A program made the translations under genes and the position numbers. From a virus: DNA of 64,000 nucleotides. Shown piece by piece: positions 31,546-42,092 of this stretch (position 1 is the stretch's first letter; every line of letters begins with the position of its first letter). The stretch lies in UHGV virus genome UHGV-1484817; one strand, 5' to 3'. A model generated the notes under the pieces. That model searched no databases and was not told where the DNA came from. It saw nothing but the letters and a program-made list of their open reading frames with translations.

Positions 31546-31630
31546 TTATGCTTCCTTTCGTAAAAACTCTTTTTGACGCGAGGGTAACGAAAGTCACATG
31601 TCAAAAGGCCCGGAACGGGCAAGCAATCAA

Positions 31631-32083
31631 TCAGATACGTGCGGATGTGGCATTACCGTAATGACGGTGCTGACGGGCCACCTTATTGAAAAGTTGACGC
31701 GCCATTACCCAAGGCTGGTGCTCCCGGCGTTCCTTTTCGTCCTGCGTCATATAGAGTTCGTTCTGGAGTTTTTCATCAAACCGGCGCGGAGCGCGGCTAC
31801 GGCGAAAGAATTCAGGATTCAGAGAGTGGATCTGAAATCTACGTGGGCGTGTACTGTCATCAATCAAAACAGACGAATACTTAGACACAGCGATAGCCTT
31901 TAAGCGCAGATAAACATCGCGCTTATCGACATCCAGATGCGGGTATTCCTTTTCAAGAATTGCTGCGAGTTCTTTCGCTGATAGAAGAGATTTAGTGCGG
32001 ATCATGTAATCCGCAATCTCGTACGATGTTATTCGTGAGTGATTTATTTCCATGAAGTGGCGTCCCTGCCAGTTAAGTAACAT
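31631..32083 (-). CDS. lpa: Lpa-like late promoter activator
   Basis: 150-aa ORF between the pdc genes and pacA with an operator-like site upstream; named by synteny and size. Confidence 0.5.
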   Translation of the reverse strand: MLLNWQGRHFMEINHSRITSYEIADYMIRTKSLLSAKELAAILEKEYPHLDVDKRDVYLRLKAIAVSKYSSVLIDDSTRPRRFQIHSLNPEFFRRSRAPRRFDEKLQNELYMTQDEKERREHQPWVMARQLFNKVARQHRHYGNATSARI

Positions 32084-32153
32084 CCTGTCACCTACTGATT
32101 AGCCCATGTCAACTAATCAACGTGGAATATAATACCCTCGATTAAAGAAATAG

Positions 32154-32170
32154 CAATACATTAGAGCAAT
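32154..32170. promoter_or_regulatory. C1 operator-like site upstream of lpa
   Basis: CAATACATTAGAGCAAT, 14 of 17 matches. Confidence 0.45.
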
Positions 32171-32171
32171 T

Positions 32172-33215
32172 TTATCTAACGCTCGACGAGTGACTTGTGA
32201 TAGCGCCGACTCCAAGCGCGTAATCAAAGAACAATCGTTGATGCATCGCCAGCCTACCGTGCGTCTTCTCCCAATTATCGCGGTCACGCTCAATATCACG
32301 CTGGCATGACTGGCACAGAGGAATTGCGTAAATGTCATGCGCGCATAATCGACTATGACGAACGATATAAGGCGTAATGTGAGCGCCAGCTCCCGCCGCT
32401 CCACACCCACAGCATGGACGGGAAGCAACAAAGTCCATGTACTCAGGTAATTTTAGCGATTGCAGTTTTGGTATTTTGAAATGCGCCATGCCAGGGTCGG
32501 AGTCAACATCCACAGGGCATACTTTTGCACGCATCGGCGCGGCGCGTTCTTCCATCATCTGAACATATGCTGTAGCGCGATCGTCATACGGGCGAATATC
32601 CGCCTCTTTCAGAGGTCCGCTATCCTGCGTTGCGGCTTTCATCTTATTTATTGATATACGGCAAACTTCTTCCGGCATCAGGTGCATCATGTTGCGCATG
32701 AAAGCCCACCAGCACAGTTCCTGAATACTTAAATCATGGCCATCTGAAAGCCCCATTTCCTGACGGGCGACATCCAGTATCCAGTTAACGCGATTATTAT
32801 GCAGCGTTTCTTTCAGCTCATTAAAACCACGCATCCGGTAATGGTTATCGTGATGCCAGCACAACAACACCGCGCTATTGTCTCGTTCTGCGTGGACAAT
32901 ATGGTTGTCACACCAGCTACGATCTGCGGCCTGGCATTGCCCCTCTTTCCTGCGCAACCACGCCACCAGCGCGTCAATTCCACCAATACGGCGAAACAGT
33001 TCATCGCTGTTAAAAAACGGCTGCAACGCCTCATTTGTTGCCATAGTTTGCTCGGAAACAACGAGGCCGTCGTCCATGTGCTCGATTAACTCACGCGGCA
33101 CCGGCTCCATAATAAATTTACGGCCAGCCTCCACCAGCTTTCTGACTTCCTGATCCACTTTGAATGTGGCGACGCCAAGCTCTTTTTGTACAAAGGGAGT
33201 AATTATGGCTTTCAC
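32172..33215 (-). CDS. pdcB: PdcB-like protein with Cys-rich C-terminus
   Basis: 347 aa; C-terminal [14 protein letters not shown]...CAHD...CQSCQRD cluster; second gene after doc. Confidence 0.4.
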   Translation of the reverse strand: MKAIITPFVQKELGVATFKVDQEVRKLVEAGRKFIMEPVPRELIEHMDDGLVVSEQTMATNEALQPFFNSDELFRRIGGIDALVAWLRRKEGQCQAADRSWCDNHIVHAERDNSAVLLCWHHDNHYRMRGFNELKETLHNNRVNWILDVARQEMGLSDGHDLSIQELCWWAFMRNMMHLMPEEVCRISINKMKAATQDSGPLKEADIRPYDDRATAYVQMMEERAAPMRAKVCPVDVDSDPGMAHFKIPKLQSLKLPEYMDFVASRPCCGCGAAGAGAHITPYIVRHSRLCAHDIYAIPLCQSCQRDIERDRDNWEKTHGRLAMHQRLFFDYALGVGAITSHSSSVR

Positions 33216-33242
33216 ATCACACCTTTAATCACTGATTGGGCT

Positions 33243-33443
33243 TTATCTGCTGCCCGGCATTCTCTGTTTAAGCACAACCATTTCCTGACGGCATAACACA
33301 GCAATAGCGGTCCTGACTCCAATTTGCTTACCAACCAGGTATTGCTTTACCTTGCGGCGGCTCACGCCATCAAGAAGCATCTTTAACGCTTCACGGGACA
33401 ACTTGTTGTATTTACGTGCCATTAATCTACTCCGCAGAACCAT
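33243..33443 (-). CDS. pdcA: PdcA-like small protein
   Basis: 66-aa ORF directly after doc, overlapping its end; synteny only. Confidence 0.3.
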   Translation of the reverse strand: MVLRSRLMARKYNKLSREALKMLLDGVSRRKVKQYLVGKQIGVRTAIAVLCRQEMVVLKQRMPGSR

Positions 33444-33807
33444 ACAATCTACGTAACGTGTCGGCGACAGAAGATACAGATATCTCGCCAGTCGCAGCGC
33501 CTACGGTAAGGTCTGCCAGTTCAGGTGAATCAAATACCTGCACCCCGTTACGGCGTAGAAATAGCAGCGCACTGTTTAGCGCGGTACGCTTATTGGCATC
33601 ATTGAATATATGCCCTCTCGCTGTAGCCACCAGGTAGGTGGCGGAGACTTCGAAAAGGTCGGTGATCTCTTCGTAGGCAACTCTGGCCTGAACTCTCCCG
33701 ATAATGGCCTCTGCCCTACCCGGATCAGACATTCCCGGCAGGCCGCCGTAGCGGCTTATATTCGCATCATGAAGCGCAACAAGTTCTTCCGGTGATATAT
33801 GTCTCAT
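33427..33807 (-). CDS. doc: Doc toxin (Fic-family) of the phd-doc addiction module
   Basis: 126 aa beginning [25 protein letters not shown], containing [23 protein letters not shown]; recognised as Doc. Confidence 0.95.
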
Positions 33808-34028
33808 TATCGGTTAACCAGTTCCTTGTTGGTGGAGTCCAGGGTGTCAAACAGGGATGCAAATTCAGCATCCAGCGCCGCTTTTTTGTAGGCTTCGAAA
33901 GTAGCCTTGCTGACAATTACTGCTGGCTCACGGCCTCTGCGGGTGATTTCAACCTCTTCCCCGGCTTCAACATTGTTGAGCACTTCAGAAAGGTTGCCGC
34001 GCGCGGTACGGAAGTTAATGGATTGCAT
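33807..34028 (-). CDS. phd: Phd antitoxin
   Basis: 73 aa from [39 protein letters not shown]; stop overlaps the doc start. Confidence 0.9.
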   Translation of the reverse strand: MQSINFRTARGNLSEVLNNVEAGEEVEITRRGREPAVIVSKATFEAYKKAALDAEFASLFDTLDSTNKELVNR

Positions 34029-34100
34029 AAACACCTCGTGTACTCGTTATGTGTACACAATTATAAACTTCACAGGCATAAAGCACCAGCACTTTGCAGC

Positions 34101-34490
34101 TTAAATAACCGGACAATCATCAAATTCCCCACTTCGGGCATCATTGATGACATGAGTGATCACACCAAAAACAGCATTACTGCCCGTGTATCCATCGTCA
34201 TCTACTGGTAACGCCTCTTTCTTCCCGGTGCTTAAGTCCTCCAGGTGCTGGCGCGGATACTTCCTGTATCTCTTTATGCGATATTCACCCTCCATAGCGC
34301 ACACAAGCAGAGAACCATCAACCGGAGTAAGCGAGGAATCAACCACCAGCAAAGCTCCCTGCAATATTCCCTCACGGTGATGGCTATCAGCTGCCCGCAT
34401 GAAGTAGGTCGCTGAAGGATGTCTAATTATCTGCTGATCAAGAGAAATTCGGCTTTCAACATAATCCGCCGCAGGAGAAGGGAAGCCCAT
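34101..34490 (-). CDS. humD: HumD, UmuD'-like protein
   Basis: 129 aa; UmuD-like core (LLVVDSS...GSLLVCAMEGEYRIKRYRK); LexA box directly upstream. Confidence 0.85.
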   Translation of the reverse strand: MGFPSPAADYVESRISLDQQIIRHPSATYFMRAADSHHREGILQGALLVVDSSLTPVDGSLLVCAMEGEYRIKRYRKYPRQHLEDLSTGKKEALPVDDDGYTGSNAVFGVITHVINDARSGEFDDCPVI

Positions 34491-34508
34491 AGCGTTTTAC
34501 CTCAATGA

Positions 34509-34528
34509 TACTGTTTATTCATACAGTA
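34509..34528. promoter_or_regulatory. LexA (SOS) box upstream of humD
   Basis: TACTGTTTATTCATACAGTA, a CTGT-N8-ACAG palindrome 19 nt upstream of the humD start. Confidence 0.65.
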
Positions 34529-34613
34529 TACATTGAAAAGGCATAGTTTGTGAAAGCGGGGTTTGTAGGCGCGCCACGCTGGGGGCTAATCACATTTCTC
34601 CCCCATCTTGCCG

Positions 34614-34865
34614 TTATTTTTTTGGTGCATCCTCGTTCTGATACACCGGATCGCTCCCTTTTGGCAACTGGAGGCTTAACTGCCGGTAGTGCCGTAGCCG
34701 TTCCATGAAATAGGCGCGCAGGTTTTCCGGTTGCTCACGGGCCACCTGCTCTGCAATCACAGGTATATTCAGCCGTTCTTTGTAAGCAACGCCGCTGGCG
34801 GCAAGGTCTACGTTCACCTTGTCTCGCTCTTCCTGGCTTTTAGCTGCTATATTTCGATCTGACAC
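34614..34865 (-). CDS. hot: Hot, homolog of DNA polymerase III theta subunit
   Basis: 83 aa; [43 protein letters not shown] parallels E. coli HolE. Confidence 0.8.
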   Translation of the reverse strand: MSDRNIAAKSQEERDKVNVDLAASGVAYKERLNIPVIAEQVAREQPENLRAYFMERLRHYRQLSLQLPKGSDPVYQNEDAPKK

Positions 34866-35232
34866 AAGAAACCTCCAGGAGTTAGTGGATCAGGCACATG
34901 CACAATAACGTTCTCAATGTTAGCCGTTCAATTCAGACAATCAGAGACTGCACCAGTGTGGTGGCATCAATCCCATTGCGAAACAGCATAGACGAACTGC
35001 AAATTCGTGTATTGAATCCGAATCAGGCTAATAAGCAATTGCGCTTTATTTTGACGCTGAAAAGTGAAACAGAGGGGATAAAGCACAGCGTAAAAGTGTT
35101 TTCTGAGGCCATTCTGCTTAATGGGAAGCTCCGGCATCTGGTAAGGCCAGAACGTCAATATCCTGACGTCCTGGCGCGTGAAAAAGACCTTCTTTCTGAA
35201 GTTCAGGATAGGGTGATCGATTTCGTCAAATG

Positions 35233-35517
35233 CTATCCCCTGCATTGAGGGCAGGTGTTCCCTTCCGCAAAGTAGGGAAAATTGCTATCAAGTTCATCAC
35301 ACCATCTGCGATGGTCGTAGCACCAAAACGCCTCCCACGGTGCACGGAAATACTTCATCCACCAGGACACTCGATCAGGTATATCTGCTGGTGGCAGTTC
35401 TTCTGGCAATAATTTGCCTGATAATTCCCTTTCCGCCCGCGACAGCATTTTTTTGAGGCTCGCGTTCTCTTTTTCAAGCTCATCTACGCGCACCTGTAAT
35501 TCAGCTTTCGTTGGCAT
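35233..35517 (-). CDS. Hypothetical protein with C-terminal CPQCRG
   Basis: ORF 35233-35598 trimmed to MPTKAELQ to avoid overlap with the upstream gene; coiled-coil N-terminus. Confidence 0.3.
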   Translation of the reverse strand: MPTKAELQVRVDELEKENASLKKMLSRAERELSGKLLPEELPPADIPDRVSWWMKYFRAPWEAFWCYDHRRWCDELDSNFPYFAEGNTCPQCRG

Positions 35518-36583
35518 GGTCCACCTCATGCTTTTCAGCCACCAGCGGCAATAAAGCCCTGGCCATCTTATGAACCAATAGTGCATCAATAATGCCAAGC
35601 GTATGCCCCGGCTTAATGTTTAATGCCGCCTCAAGGCGACACCTTTCCAGGCCACTTTTCTCGGCTTGTTTATGATGATCTGGTGTAATAACGTCGCCCA
35701 AAACACGGCTAATTCTTTCTCGTAATTGCTGGGTGCCAGCACACTTGATCGCTGTATCGTGGAGACGGTTAACCAGTTCGCGATAAACATGCGGCTTAAT
35801 TCGGATACGTTCACCGGTGACGCCCTTTCCTGGTGCTGGCACCGAACTATCCGGAATATCCGGATAGTTGCCAGCCAGTCTACGCAAAACAGCCTTAACA
35901 GCCTCAATACGGTCATCATCGCAACTTTCCAGCGTATCTATGCGATCGAGCATGATGATGGCGTTATCAATATCAGGATTGCCGGTCCACTCATTACCGC
36001 GATTGGATTCGGCAGTCTGGTTGCCGCGTACTGGTTGATTCTCGGCTTTACCCTGTCTGTCGTTGCTGCATGAATGCCCTTCCAGCCAGACCAGTGCTTG
36101 TCGCATGAAATACGCAATATGCTTGCCGTGGTAATCGTCTTCATCGATGTGAAAAGCGATACTGCGGATATATTCAATTGCGTTTTCAATGGCCTCTAAC
36201 GCTATCGGTGCTGGCGGAGTGGTATATAGTTTTCGACATTTGTTTATCCAACCGGCATGGTCAGGCGTGTCTGTAAAGCGCAAATCGTCTTCGTAGCACT
36301 CACGACTTCGTTCTTTCCATTCCGTCCACGGAACACCGCTATTCCAGGTGGGACGAGTGCAGGACTGATACAGAACAGGCTCTGCTTCCAGTGATGCCAG
36401 TGCAATCCGTGCCAGCTCACGCACAACTTCCGGCGGCGCGTAACGGTCATTCAGGTCATCCCACAGGCGTAGCATGTTATCGCTACCAGGGTGAACATCC
36501 TCGTTAGTTCCGGCCAGCGCACTAATAACCTCATCGGCTGCTTCAATAATTTTCTGTGCCTGTTCTCTGGTAATAGTGGTCAT
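35501..36583 (-). CDS. Hypothetical protein, member of a local paralog family
   Basis: 360 aa; N-terminal MTTITREQ and ELARIALASLEAEP motif shared with the ORFs at 37016-37411 and 37619-38083. Confidence 0.5.
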   Translation of the reverse strand: MTTITREQAQKIIEAADEVISALAGTNEDVHPGSDNMLRLWDDLNDRYAPPEVVRELARIALASLEAEPVLYQSCTRPTWNSGVPWTEWKERSRECYEDDLRFTDTPDHAGWINKCRKLYTTPPAPIALEAIENAIEYIRSIAFHIDEDDYHGKHIAYFMRQALVWLEGHSCSNDRQGKAENQPVRGNQTAESNRGNEWTGNPDIDNAIIMLDRIDTLESCDDDRIEAVKAVLRRLAGNYPDIPDSSVPAPGKGVTGERIRIKPHVYRELVNRLHDTAIKCAGTQQLRERISRVLGDVITPDHHKQAEKSGLERCRLEAALNIKPGHTLGIIDALLVHKMARALLPLVAEKHEVDHANES

Positions 36584-36593
36584 TTGTTATGCC

Positions 36594-36791
36594 TCAATAC
36601 ACGAAATCTGTTTTAAATTCATGGTTACATTCTGGACAGCATGTTTCGTAACCTTTTATTTCTTCACATGCCTGTTTAGCTCCAGAAAACTCCCAGAAAT
36701 CAGCATCACAAAGCAGATCGAAATTGTGACCGCATTTTGGGCATTCGGTATCAAGTGACAGATTCCAGTAAGCAGTGGTGTTTTTATCCAT
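36594..36791 (-). CDS. Small zinc-ribbon protein
   Basis: 65 aa from MDKNTT with AAGGAG RBS; CPKCGH...CCPECNH. Confidence 0.45.
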   Translation of the reverse strand: MDKNTTAYWNLSLDTECPKCGHNFDLLCDADFWEFSGAKQACEEIKGYETCCPECNHEFKTDFVY

Positions 36792-36792
36792 A

Positions 36793-37056
36793 TCAGTCTC
36801 CTTTACCCGCTGCTTTCTCCTGCTCTTTAGCAAGCCGCTCCGCTTCTCTGAAATCCCAGTCAACTCGACGTGCTATATCAATTGCAGAACGCACGGTACG
36901 TTCAATTAGCGTATCCAGATTATCGATTGTCATTGCCATATCTGGATTGCGAGATAAAATCTCCGCCCTCTGAATCTGCCAGTTGTTGCAGGTTTCAAGT
37001 AATGAGTTAGCCATATCACTTTCCTTTCCCATGAAGCATAGCCGCGCGGCAGGCAT
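36793..37056 (-). CDS. Hypothetical protein
   Basis: 87-aa ORF packed tightly in the operon. Confidence 0.35.
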   Translation of the reverse strand: MPAARLCFMGKESDMANSLLETCNNWQIQRAEILSRNPDMAMTIDNLDTLIERTVRSAIDIARRVDWDFREAERLAKEQEKAAGKGD

Positions 37057-37411
37057 TCCAGCCTCTCACCTCTGCAATAGCGGCAACAGCATCAACCGCG
37101 TACATGCTAAGAGGATTAGGCATTGGTTTTTCTTCCGGTACTACTGGCGCTGGAGGGGCGGCGTAAATACCCTCTATCACTAAATGTTTGCGCTCAAAAT
37201 CATCTGGCTCTCGATGATATACGTAACTCCAATCACCAAGGTTATCATTGCGCCTGCAACGGAAACCTATCGGCTCGACTTCCAGCGCTGCCAGAGCAAT
37301 TCGTGCCAGTTCTTCCGCTTCTTCTGCTGGCAGTACAACGTTGCTACCAGGTCCGTATGTTTCGCGCCACTGCTTGATTGTCAGCAGTCGCTCTTTGGTT
37401 ATAGTGGTCAT
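37016..37411 (-). CDS. Hypothetical protein (paralog family)
   Basis: 131 aa; MTTITKERLLTIK and ELARIALAALEVEP shared with the 360-aa ORF. Confidence 0.45.
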   Translation of the reverse strand: MTTITKERLLTIKQWRETYGPGSNVVLPAEEAEELARIALAALEVEPIGFRCRRNDNLGDWSYVYHREPDDFERKHLVIEGIYAAPPAPVVPEEKPMPNPLSMYAVDAVAAIAEVRGWNACRAAMLHGKGK

Positions 37412-37617
37412 TTGTTAATCCTCAAAACTTTATGCCCGGGCGCAAAAGCACGCGTTTTGTCTTTGCTTATTCGCCAGCCATCCTTGCGCGCCTCTTTTGC
37501 ACAGCCAGCCCATGACGTACCGATATACTCACCGAAGTCTGGCACTGGATATACACCTTCCGTACACTGGCGGCAGTCACAATAGAGATGCATTGTGTAA
37601 CTTGCGGCAATAGCCAT
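37408..37617 (-). CDS. Small Cys-rich hypothetical protein
   Basis: 69-aa ORF; CDCRQC...C. Confidence 0.35.
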   Translation of the reverse strand: MAIAASYTMHLYCDCRQCTEGVYPVPDFGEYIGTSWAGCAKEARKDGWRISKDKTRAFAPGHKVLRINK

Positions 37618-37618
37618 A

Positions 37619-38083
37619 TCACCCTCCTTTACCCTGAAGCATGGCGTCGCTCCGCTCTATACTATCCAGCGCGATTCGCAGTGCCTGAATTGTGGTAGTG
37701 CTATCGTTTGGGGCTATTCCATATCGCTCGAATACAGCTAAATGGTTGCGCATAATCTCAGGCGTAAGCTCTTTGTAAGCATAAGCAAGAGGCTCTGATG
37801 CATTATCCGGCACAACCGACGCAGGCGCGGCAGCATAAACAGGAATAACGTCCGCTTGCTCTTTATTGCTTTCATCCGTTAAAGCCCAGAATAATTTCCC
37901 GGCCGGATGTTTGAAAATATAAGCAACTGGTTCTGCACTATCAGCTTCGCGCCGCTTCTGTAGCTCTGCTGCCATTGCTCTCACGACTTCAACTGGTGCC
38001 CTTGCAGCAAACTCTATGTTGGTGATCAGCTCATTAAGATATTGCTCGCTGGGATACTGTTTCTTATTGGTAATAGTGATCAT
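37619..38083 (-). CDS. Hypothetical protein (paralog family)
   Basis: 154 aa; MITITNKK N-terminus related to neighbouring paralogs. Confidence 0.45.
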   Translation of the reverse strand: MITITNKKQYPSEQYLNELITNIEFAARAPVEVVRAMAAELQKRREADSAEPVAYIFKHPAGKLFWALTDESNKEQADVIPVYAAAPASVVPDNASEPLAYAYKELTPEIMRNHLAVFERYGIAPNDSTTTIQALRIALDSIERSDAMLQGKGG

Positions 38084-38595
38084 GCCGCGTTTCCTTCTTT
38101 CTTATTAACAATTACACCGTCATATATTTCATTAAGGTGCCCTCTCAACTCCATGCGCCTTAATGCAGATAACATGTAATCGCATTCAACCTGCTTATTT
38201 CCAGTAAATGGCTTATCGTCAGGATTACCCCAACAGCAATTACCCTTGGGCCACCCATGTACTTTCCGTACTCTTCCGTTAACAACGTGAAGTAATCCCC
38301 AGCCAGGTGGTAAATCCTCAATTGAAATAATTCCCGGCTCACTAATAAAGAATCGCCAGTCGCCCATTCCAAGAGACGGATTTTTACGGAAACGCTTTTT
38401 TCTATCTGCCAACAAGTCAGCACGAGAACACTTCGCCTCTATCAAGCATGATGCTGAACTTCTGAATCCCATAGCATCTGGCTGTTCTCCGGTGCTGGTT
38501 ACAGCTATAAAGCGGTCATGAAAGCAAACCTTGAACCCGTTGCGCTTAAGGAACTTGTACGCAATCTGACAGAGTTCGCGGTGTGTTAACGCCAT
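38080..38595 (-). CDS. Hypothetical protein, possible PD-(D/E)xK-type nuclease
   Basis: ORF 38080-38673 trimmed to MALTHRELCQ; segment D...CLIEAKCSRADL is compatible with a restriction-endonuclease-like fold; weak. Confidence 0.35.
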   Translation of the reverse strand: MALTHRELCQIAYKFLKRNGFKVCFHDRFIAVTSTGEQPDAMGFRSSASCLIEAKCSRADLLADRKKRFRKNPSLGMGDWRFFISEPGIISIEDLPPGWGLLHVVNGRVRKVHGWPKGNCCWGNPDDKPFTGNKQVECDYMLSALRRMELRGHLNEIYDGVIVNKKEGNAA

Positions 38596-38963
38596 CTCAC
38601 TCTCCTTTAGTGCGCAGATAACAGTGGTTTTTCCAGCGGTTTTGCGCCGCGCTGGGCTTTTTGCAAAAACCACAATCCATCATCCCGTAATATTTCATCA
38701 ACCCCATCCGTCGGTTGCTGAGTCTCACCCACTGCCAGACGCCAGGAGCGTTTCTACGAACTAACAGAATCTTTGCTTTACGGTTTTTCATCGCTTTGCT
38801 CTCCTGCGTCTCTTTGCTGCTCGTCGTGCCGCTGCAATACCGGTATGGCGGCGCTTTGGTGCCGGGATGATGTTGTCAGCCATCAGGACATGTGGCTTTG
38901 CAATTAGCGCAGAAGCCCAAAAACGAGTCGGGTACGGTAACAAGCCGATACATGCCACACGCA

Positions 38964-39716
38964 TTACTCACCTCCTTTGATGCGAATGCCTGCGGCGCGG
39001 ATTGCAGCGATGACTTCAGAAACTTTGTATGCCATTACCGTTTGGTAATCATCGTGAAAATCTGTTCGATGAAGCATGCTGCTACGTTCCGGGAGCGATA
39101 TTTCCCGAGCATCCAGTTCCTTAACGCGTTCCTCCAGTTCGTAGACCCTGCATTGTTCTCTATCATCAATCAGATATAACCCAAGACATTCGCTTTCTAC
39201 CCAACCGCCAAAATCATGATCGTAACGCTCACATGAAAACTCACCGTCACCGTCCTTTGTTGGAATGGTGTAACTATCTAATGGGCCACCATATGTCGGC
39301 ACATTTCCCAATGTTGGATGCTCAATCCACATGAAAAATGCACGTCCGGTTATTGGGCAAATATCTGGCCGCCATTGGTTACGAACAGCCTTGGTTTCGG
39401 ATAATTCTTCAGCGTGTTGTTTTACTTCCTCAAGCTCAACTCTCAGCTTCCCTACCGTTAGCGCAATATCCTCGTTCTCCTGATCGCGGCGTTTTATGTA
39501 TTGCTGGTTTCTTTCCCGTTCATCCAGCAGCGCCAGCACGGTTTCTGGTCCGGTCAGAAATTTGAAGGCGTTGAGCGCATCAATATCCACACCGTAATCT
39601 TTAAGTTCCTGTTCACTTAACAAATCATCATCAGCTGGCAACATTAACAGGCGTTCCATTGCTGGAATTGCACGTTCCGCCGCCTCACGCAGTGCCTGGT
39701 AATTAATTTCGCTCAC
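38964..39716 (-). CDS. Hypothetical protein (N-terminal INYQALREAAERA family)
   Basis: 250 aa; shares its N-terminal motif with the adjacent 221-aa ORF. Confidence 0.5.
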   Translation of the reverse strand: MSEINYQALREAAERAIPAMERLLMLPADDDLLSEQELKDYGVDIDALNAFKFLTGPETVLALLDERERNQQYIKRRDQENEDIALTVGKLRVELEEVKQHAEELSETKAVRNQWRPDICPITGRAFFMWIEHPTLGNVPTYGGPLDSYTIPTKDGDGEFSCERYDHDFGGWVESECLGLYLIDDREQCRVYELEERVKELDAREISLPERSSMLHRTDFHDDYQTVMAYKVSEVIAAIRAAGIRIKGGE

Positions 39717-40378
39717 TGGTTGCCTCCTTTGCGAAGCTGGGCAGCAAAGTCAACTAACCACTCAGTCATTTCAACCTTCCCTACCAGGTCTGAACCAGGG
39801 TGCATACAGCAATCACTCTGCGCCGCTTTGAAATCCTTATACTCATATTCTTGGGCCACCAGATTTTTTGCAGCTTCTATAGCAGCATCCACCCCCTGCG
39901 CCCGCACTTCAGACAGGAAAGCATCGGTAGCTGGAGTTTCGCTGTGGTGCAGGGCATCGTTGATAATCATTGCAGCAACTCCGGCCTGCCCTGCATCCGT
40001 GACCGACACATGCTCAAGAGTTACGGCCATTGCGTGTTTCAGCCCAGCGTTCTCCGCCACCAGCGCCGCGAGATTAGTCTCAAGCTCTGCAATTCGACAC
40101 ATAGCATCAATATTTGTGTCCTCCAGGCGCTTAATTTCATCCAGTAGAGCCAGCACAACTTTGGGTGGGATAGCCGCGATATAACGGGCATTGGCACCAG
40201 CGTTTCTCTGTCCATCAATGCCAGGCCAGTCAATAAAGTATCCGCAATGCCTACCCTCAGACGTATGCGCAGGATAAGTGCCGTTTTGCCCCGGCAAAAT
40301 ATATGCTACCCATTCATCTTGCGTTGCCTGTTCCGCCGCCTCGCGCAGTACCTGATAGTCAATTGTCATTCTCGCCAT
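39713..40378 (-). CDS. Hypothetical protein (N-terminal IDYQVLREAAEQA family)
   Basis: 221 aa; paralog of the downstream ORF; 4-nt overlaps on both sides. Confidence 0.5.
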   Translation of the reverse strand: MARMTIDYQVLREAAEQATQDEWVAYILPGQNGTYPAHTSEGRHCGYFIDWPGIDGQRNAGANARYIAAIPPKVVLALLDEIKRLEDTNIDAMCRIAELETNLAALVAENAGLKHAMAVTLEHVSVTDAGQAGVAAMIINDALHHSETPATDAFLSEVRAQGVDAAIEAAKNLVAQEYEYKDFKAAQSDCCMHPGSDLVGKVEMTEWLVDFAAQLRKGGNQ

Positions 40379-41010
40379 CCTTCACAGTTGTAATCACTAC
40401 AGCCTTCAAAATCATATGGGCTGTACTGCCAGGTGATTTTTCCGCAATGCGGACAATTCCAACGCACCTTCCCGCTTCGCGACTTCTTTCTTCTGTTCTG
40501 CTCTTTCAACCAGTCAGGCATGACCAAACCTGCGCCCTGAACCATTGTTCTGCGGTTAAAGTTATTGATATTGAACGTCCGGCGCTTTGCTGCATCAGCA
40601 ATGGAAAATGGCAACCAAACTATTCCTGGTTCGTTTTTGTTGGCGACGCTAAAGATGGTCGCTTTACTGAAGTCATCTGTTGGCAATCCACCGTGTTGAA
40701 GCCAGTAAACATCGTTGCCGTTCCAGCTACCTTTTTTGTAGGCCACATACGCAGTGCAATCTGACTCAATCAGGCTTTCTGTAGGGATGTACTGGCAATC
40801 AACGTGCCACACAGCCATTGCATCCACACTATCGGCACAAACAGGCTGATCGATATCTCGCCCACAACTCCAGGCTTTTTGGGCTTCTTCCAGCGTGTAA
40901 ACATGAGCGCGATCGATATCAGAACTGTAACCATTGCCGTTATGGCAATGGAATGAGGCGTTATTACCCACAGTTTCACGCAAGCACATCATGTAAAAGC
41001 GGTTATTCAC
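40366..41010 (-). CDS. Hypothetical Cys-rich protein
   Basis: 214 aa; C-terminal CPHCGK...CSDYNCEGW. Confidence 0.5.
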   Translation of the reverse strand: MNNRFYMMCLRETVGNNASFHCHNGNGYSSDIDRAHVYTLEEAQKAWSCGRDIDQPVCADSVDAMAVWHVDCQYIPTESLIESDCTAYVAYKKGSWNGNDVYWLQHGGLPTDDFSKATIFSVANKNEPGIVWLPFSIADAAKRRTFNINNFNRRTMVQGAGLVMPDWLKEQNRRKKSRSGKVRWNCPHCGKITWQYSPYDFEGCSDYNCEGWRE

Positions 41011-41287
41011 TGGTTGCCTCCGCTTCCCACGTTTTCAGACTTTCACCACAGAACGGGCAAAATGAAACTCGAATAGGCGATTTAGAAAATTCACCAGACC
41101 GCAGCATGATCAGGTCTTGTGAATGAATTAATTCATGGTTATAGATTTTGTATTTCAGCAGACCTTTTCGCGTCGTGTATTCAGCGTCATGCTCCAGGGA
41201 TTGTGCCAACGCCGCGCACGGTTCTATCTTGTTGCCATTAATTTGGCATTTTGACTCACTCACTGGTTGCCCCCTGAATACGCTCAA
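41003..41287 (-). CDS. Hypothetical protein with C-terminal CPFCGE
   Basis: 94-aa ORF. Confidence 0.4.
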   Translation of the reverse strand: MSVFRGQPVSESKCQINGNKIEPCAALAQSLEHDAEYTTRKGLLKYKIYNHELIHSQDLIMLRSGEFSKSPIRVSFCPFCGESLKTWEAEATSE

Positions 41288-41996
41288 ACTCGATTACCCA
41301 CACCCAGGGATTAGCGTTCCAGCTTTCTTCACCATAGATGGATTCCCACAGGCGCTGGAACGCAACCTTGGCCATTGCGAAATCTCCCTTGGGAGTTAGG
41401 AATGTTCCCGGGTGATCAGGAAGCAAACTTCCAGCAGGCTGAACGCCCTCATCCCTTGCATCGCATTCGCTGATATCGTTCAACCGCTCAACGCGCACGT
41501 TGGTAATTTCCAACAGAATGCGTGATGCCCATCGCGGCATGTGAATTGATGGACGCCACCCACCATCAAACTTTTCATTCACAGTGTGAGGTTTCCAGTC
41601 GGCATCATCGGGTATCGACCATAAACCGTAATCACCAGGCTTTTGCTCACAACTGGCCCGATAAATCCTTGCTGCGTTCTTCTCATCGCCACGACAAAGG
41701 TTGTCGTTCCAGTCCACACTGCAACCATCTTCATTGCCTAATATCGCCCATGTTTCACGAACCCAAATTCGATCGCCGACGATACCAAAGGGGCAATTGA
41801 AAACACTGCTTACACCATCAGCCCCGTACCACTGAAAACCTGCACCAATTTTTCTAACCATCACTGGTGCTTCTGGACCAACTTCCGCAGGCTGATTTTT
41901 CATTATCCGCCGCGTCTGCGTTTTCCTTCCTTCGAGGATGGCCCGGACCATCTCATCGTTGAAAATCATGCCGCGCTCTTTCACTTCGCCTTTCAT
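41256..41996 (-). CDS. Hypothetical protein
   Basis: 246 aa; N-terminal MIFNDEMVRAILEGRKTQTRR; AAGGGGG RBS. Confidence 0.5.
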   Translation of the reverse strand: MKGEVKERGMIFNDEMVRAILEGRKTQTRRIMKNQPAEVGPEAPVMVRKIGAGFQWYGADGVSSVFNCPFGIVGDRIWVRETWAILGNEDGCSVDWNDNLCRGDEKNAARIYRASCEQKPGDYGLWSIPDDADWKPHTVNEKFDGGWRPSIHMPRWASRILLEITNVRVERLNDISECDARDEGVQPAGSLLPDHPGTFLTPKGDFAMAKVAFQRLWESIYGEESWNANPWVWVIEFERIQGATSE

Positions 41997-42005
41997 GCAT
42001 CCCCC

Positions 42006-42092
42006 TTACCCATGCGCGACGATGCCGCCAAAAGTGATAGAGAACAGCCAGAAATAGATCGCGGCCATAATGATTTTGAATGCCGTGTTCAT
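42006..42092 (-). CDS. Candidate 28-aa hydrophobic peptide
   Basis: MNTAFKIIMAAIYFWLFSITFGGIVAHG; AGGAG RBS 8 nt upstream; not in the ORF track because it is below the length cutoff. Confidence 0.35.
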   Translation of the reverse strand: MNTAFKIIMAAIYFWLFSITFGGIVAHG

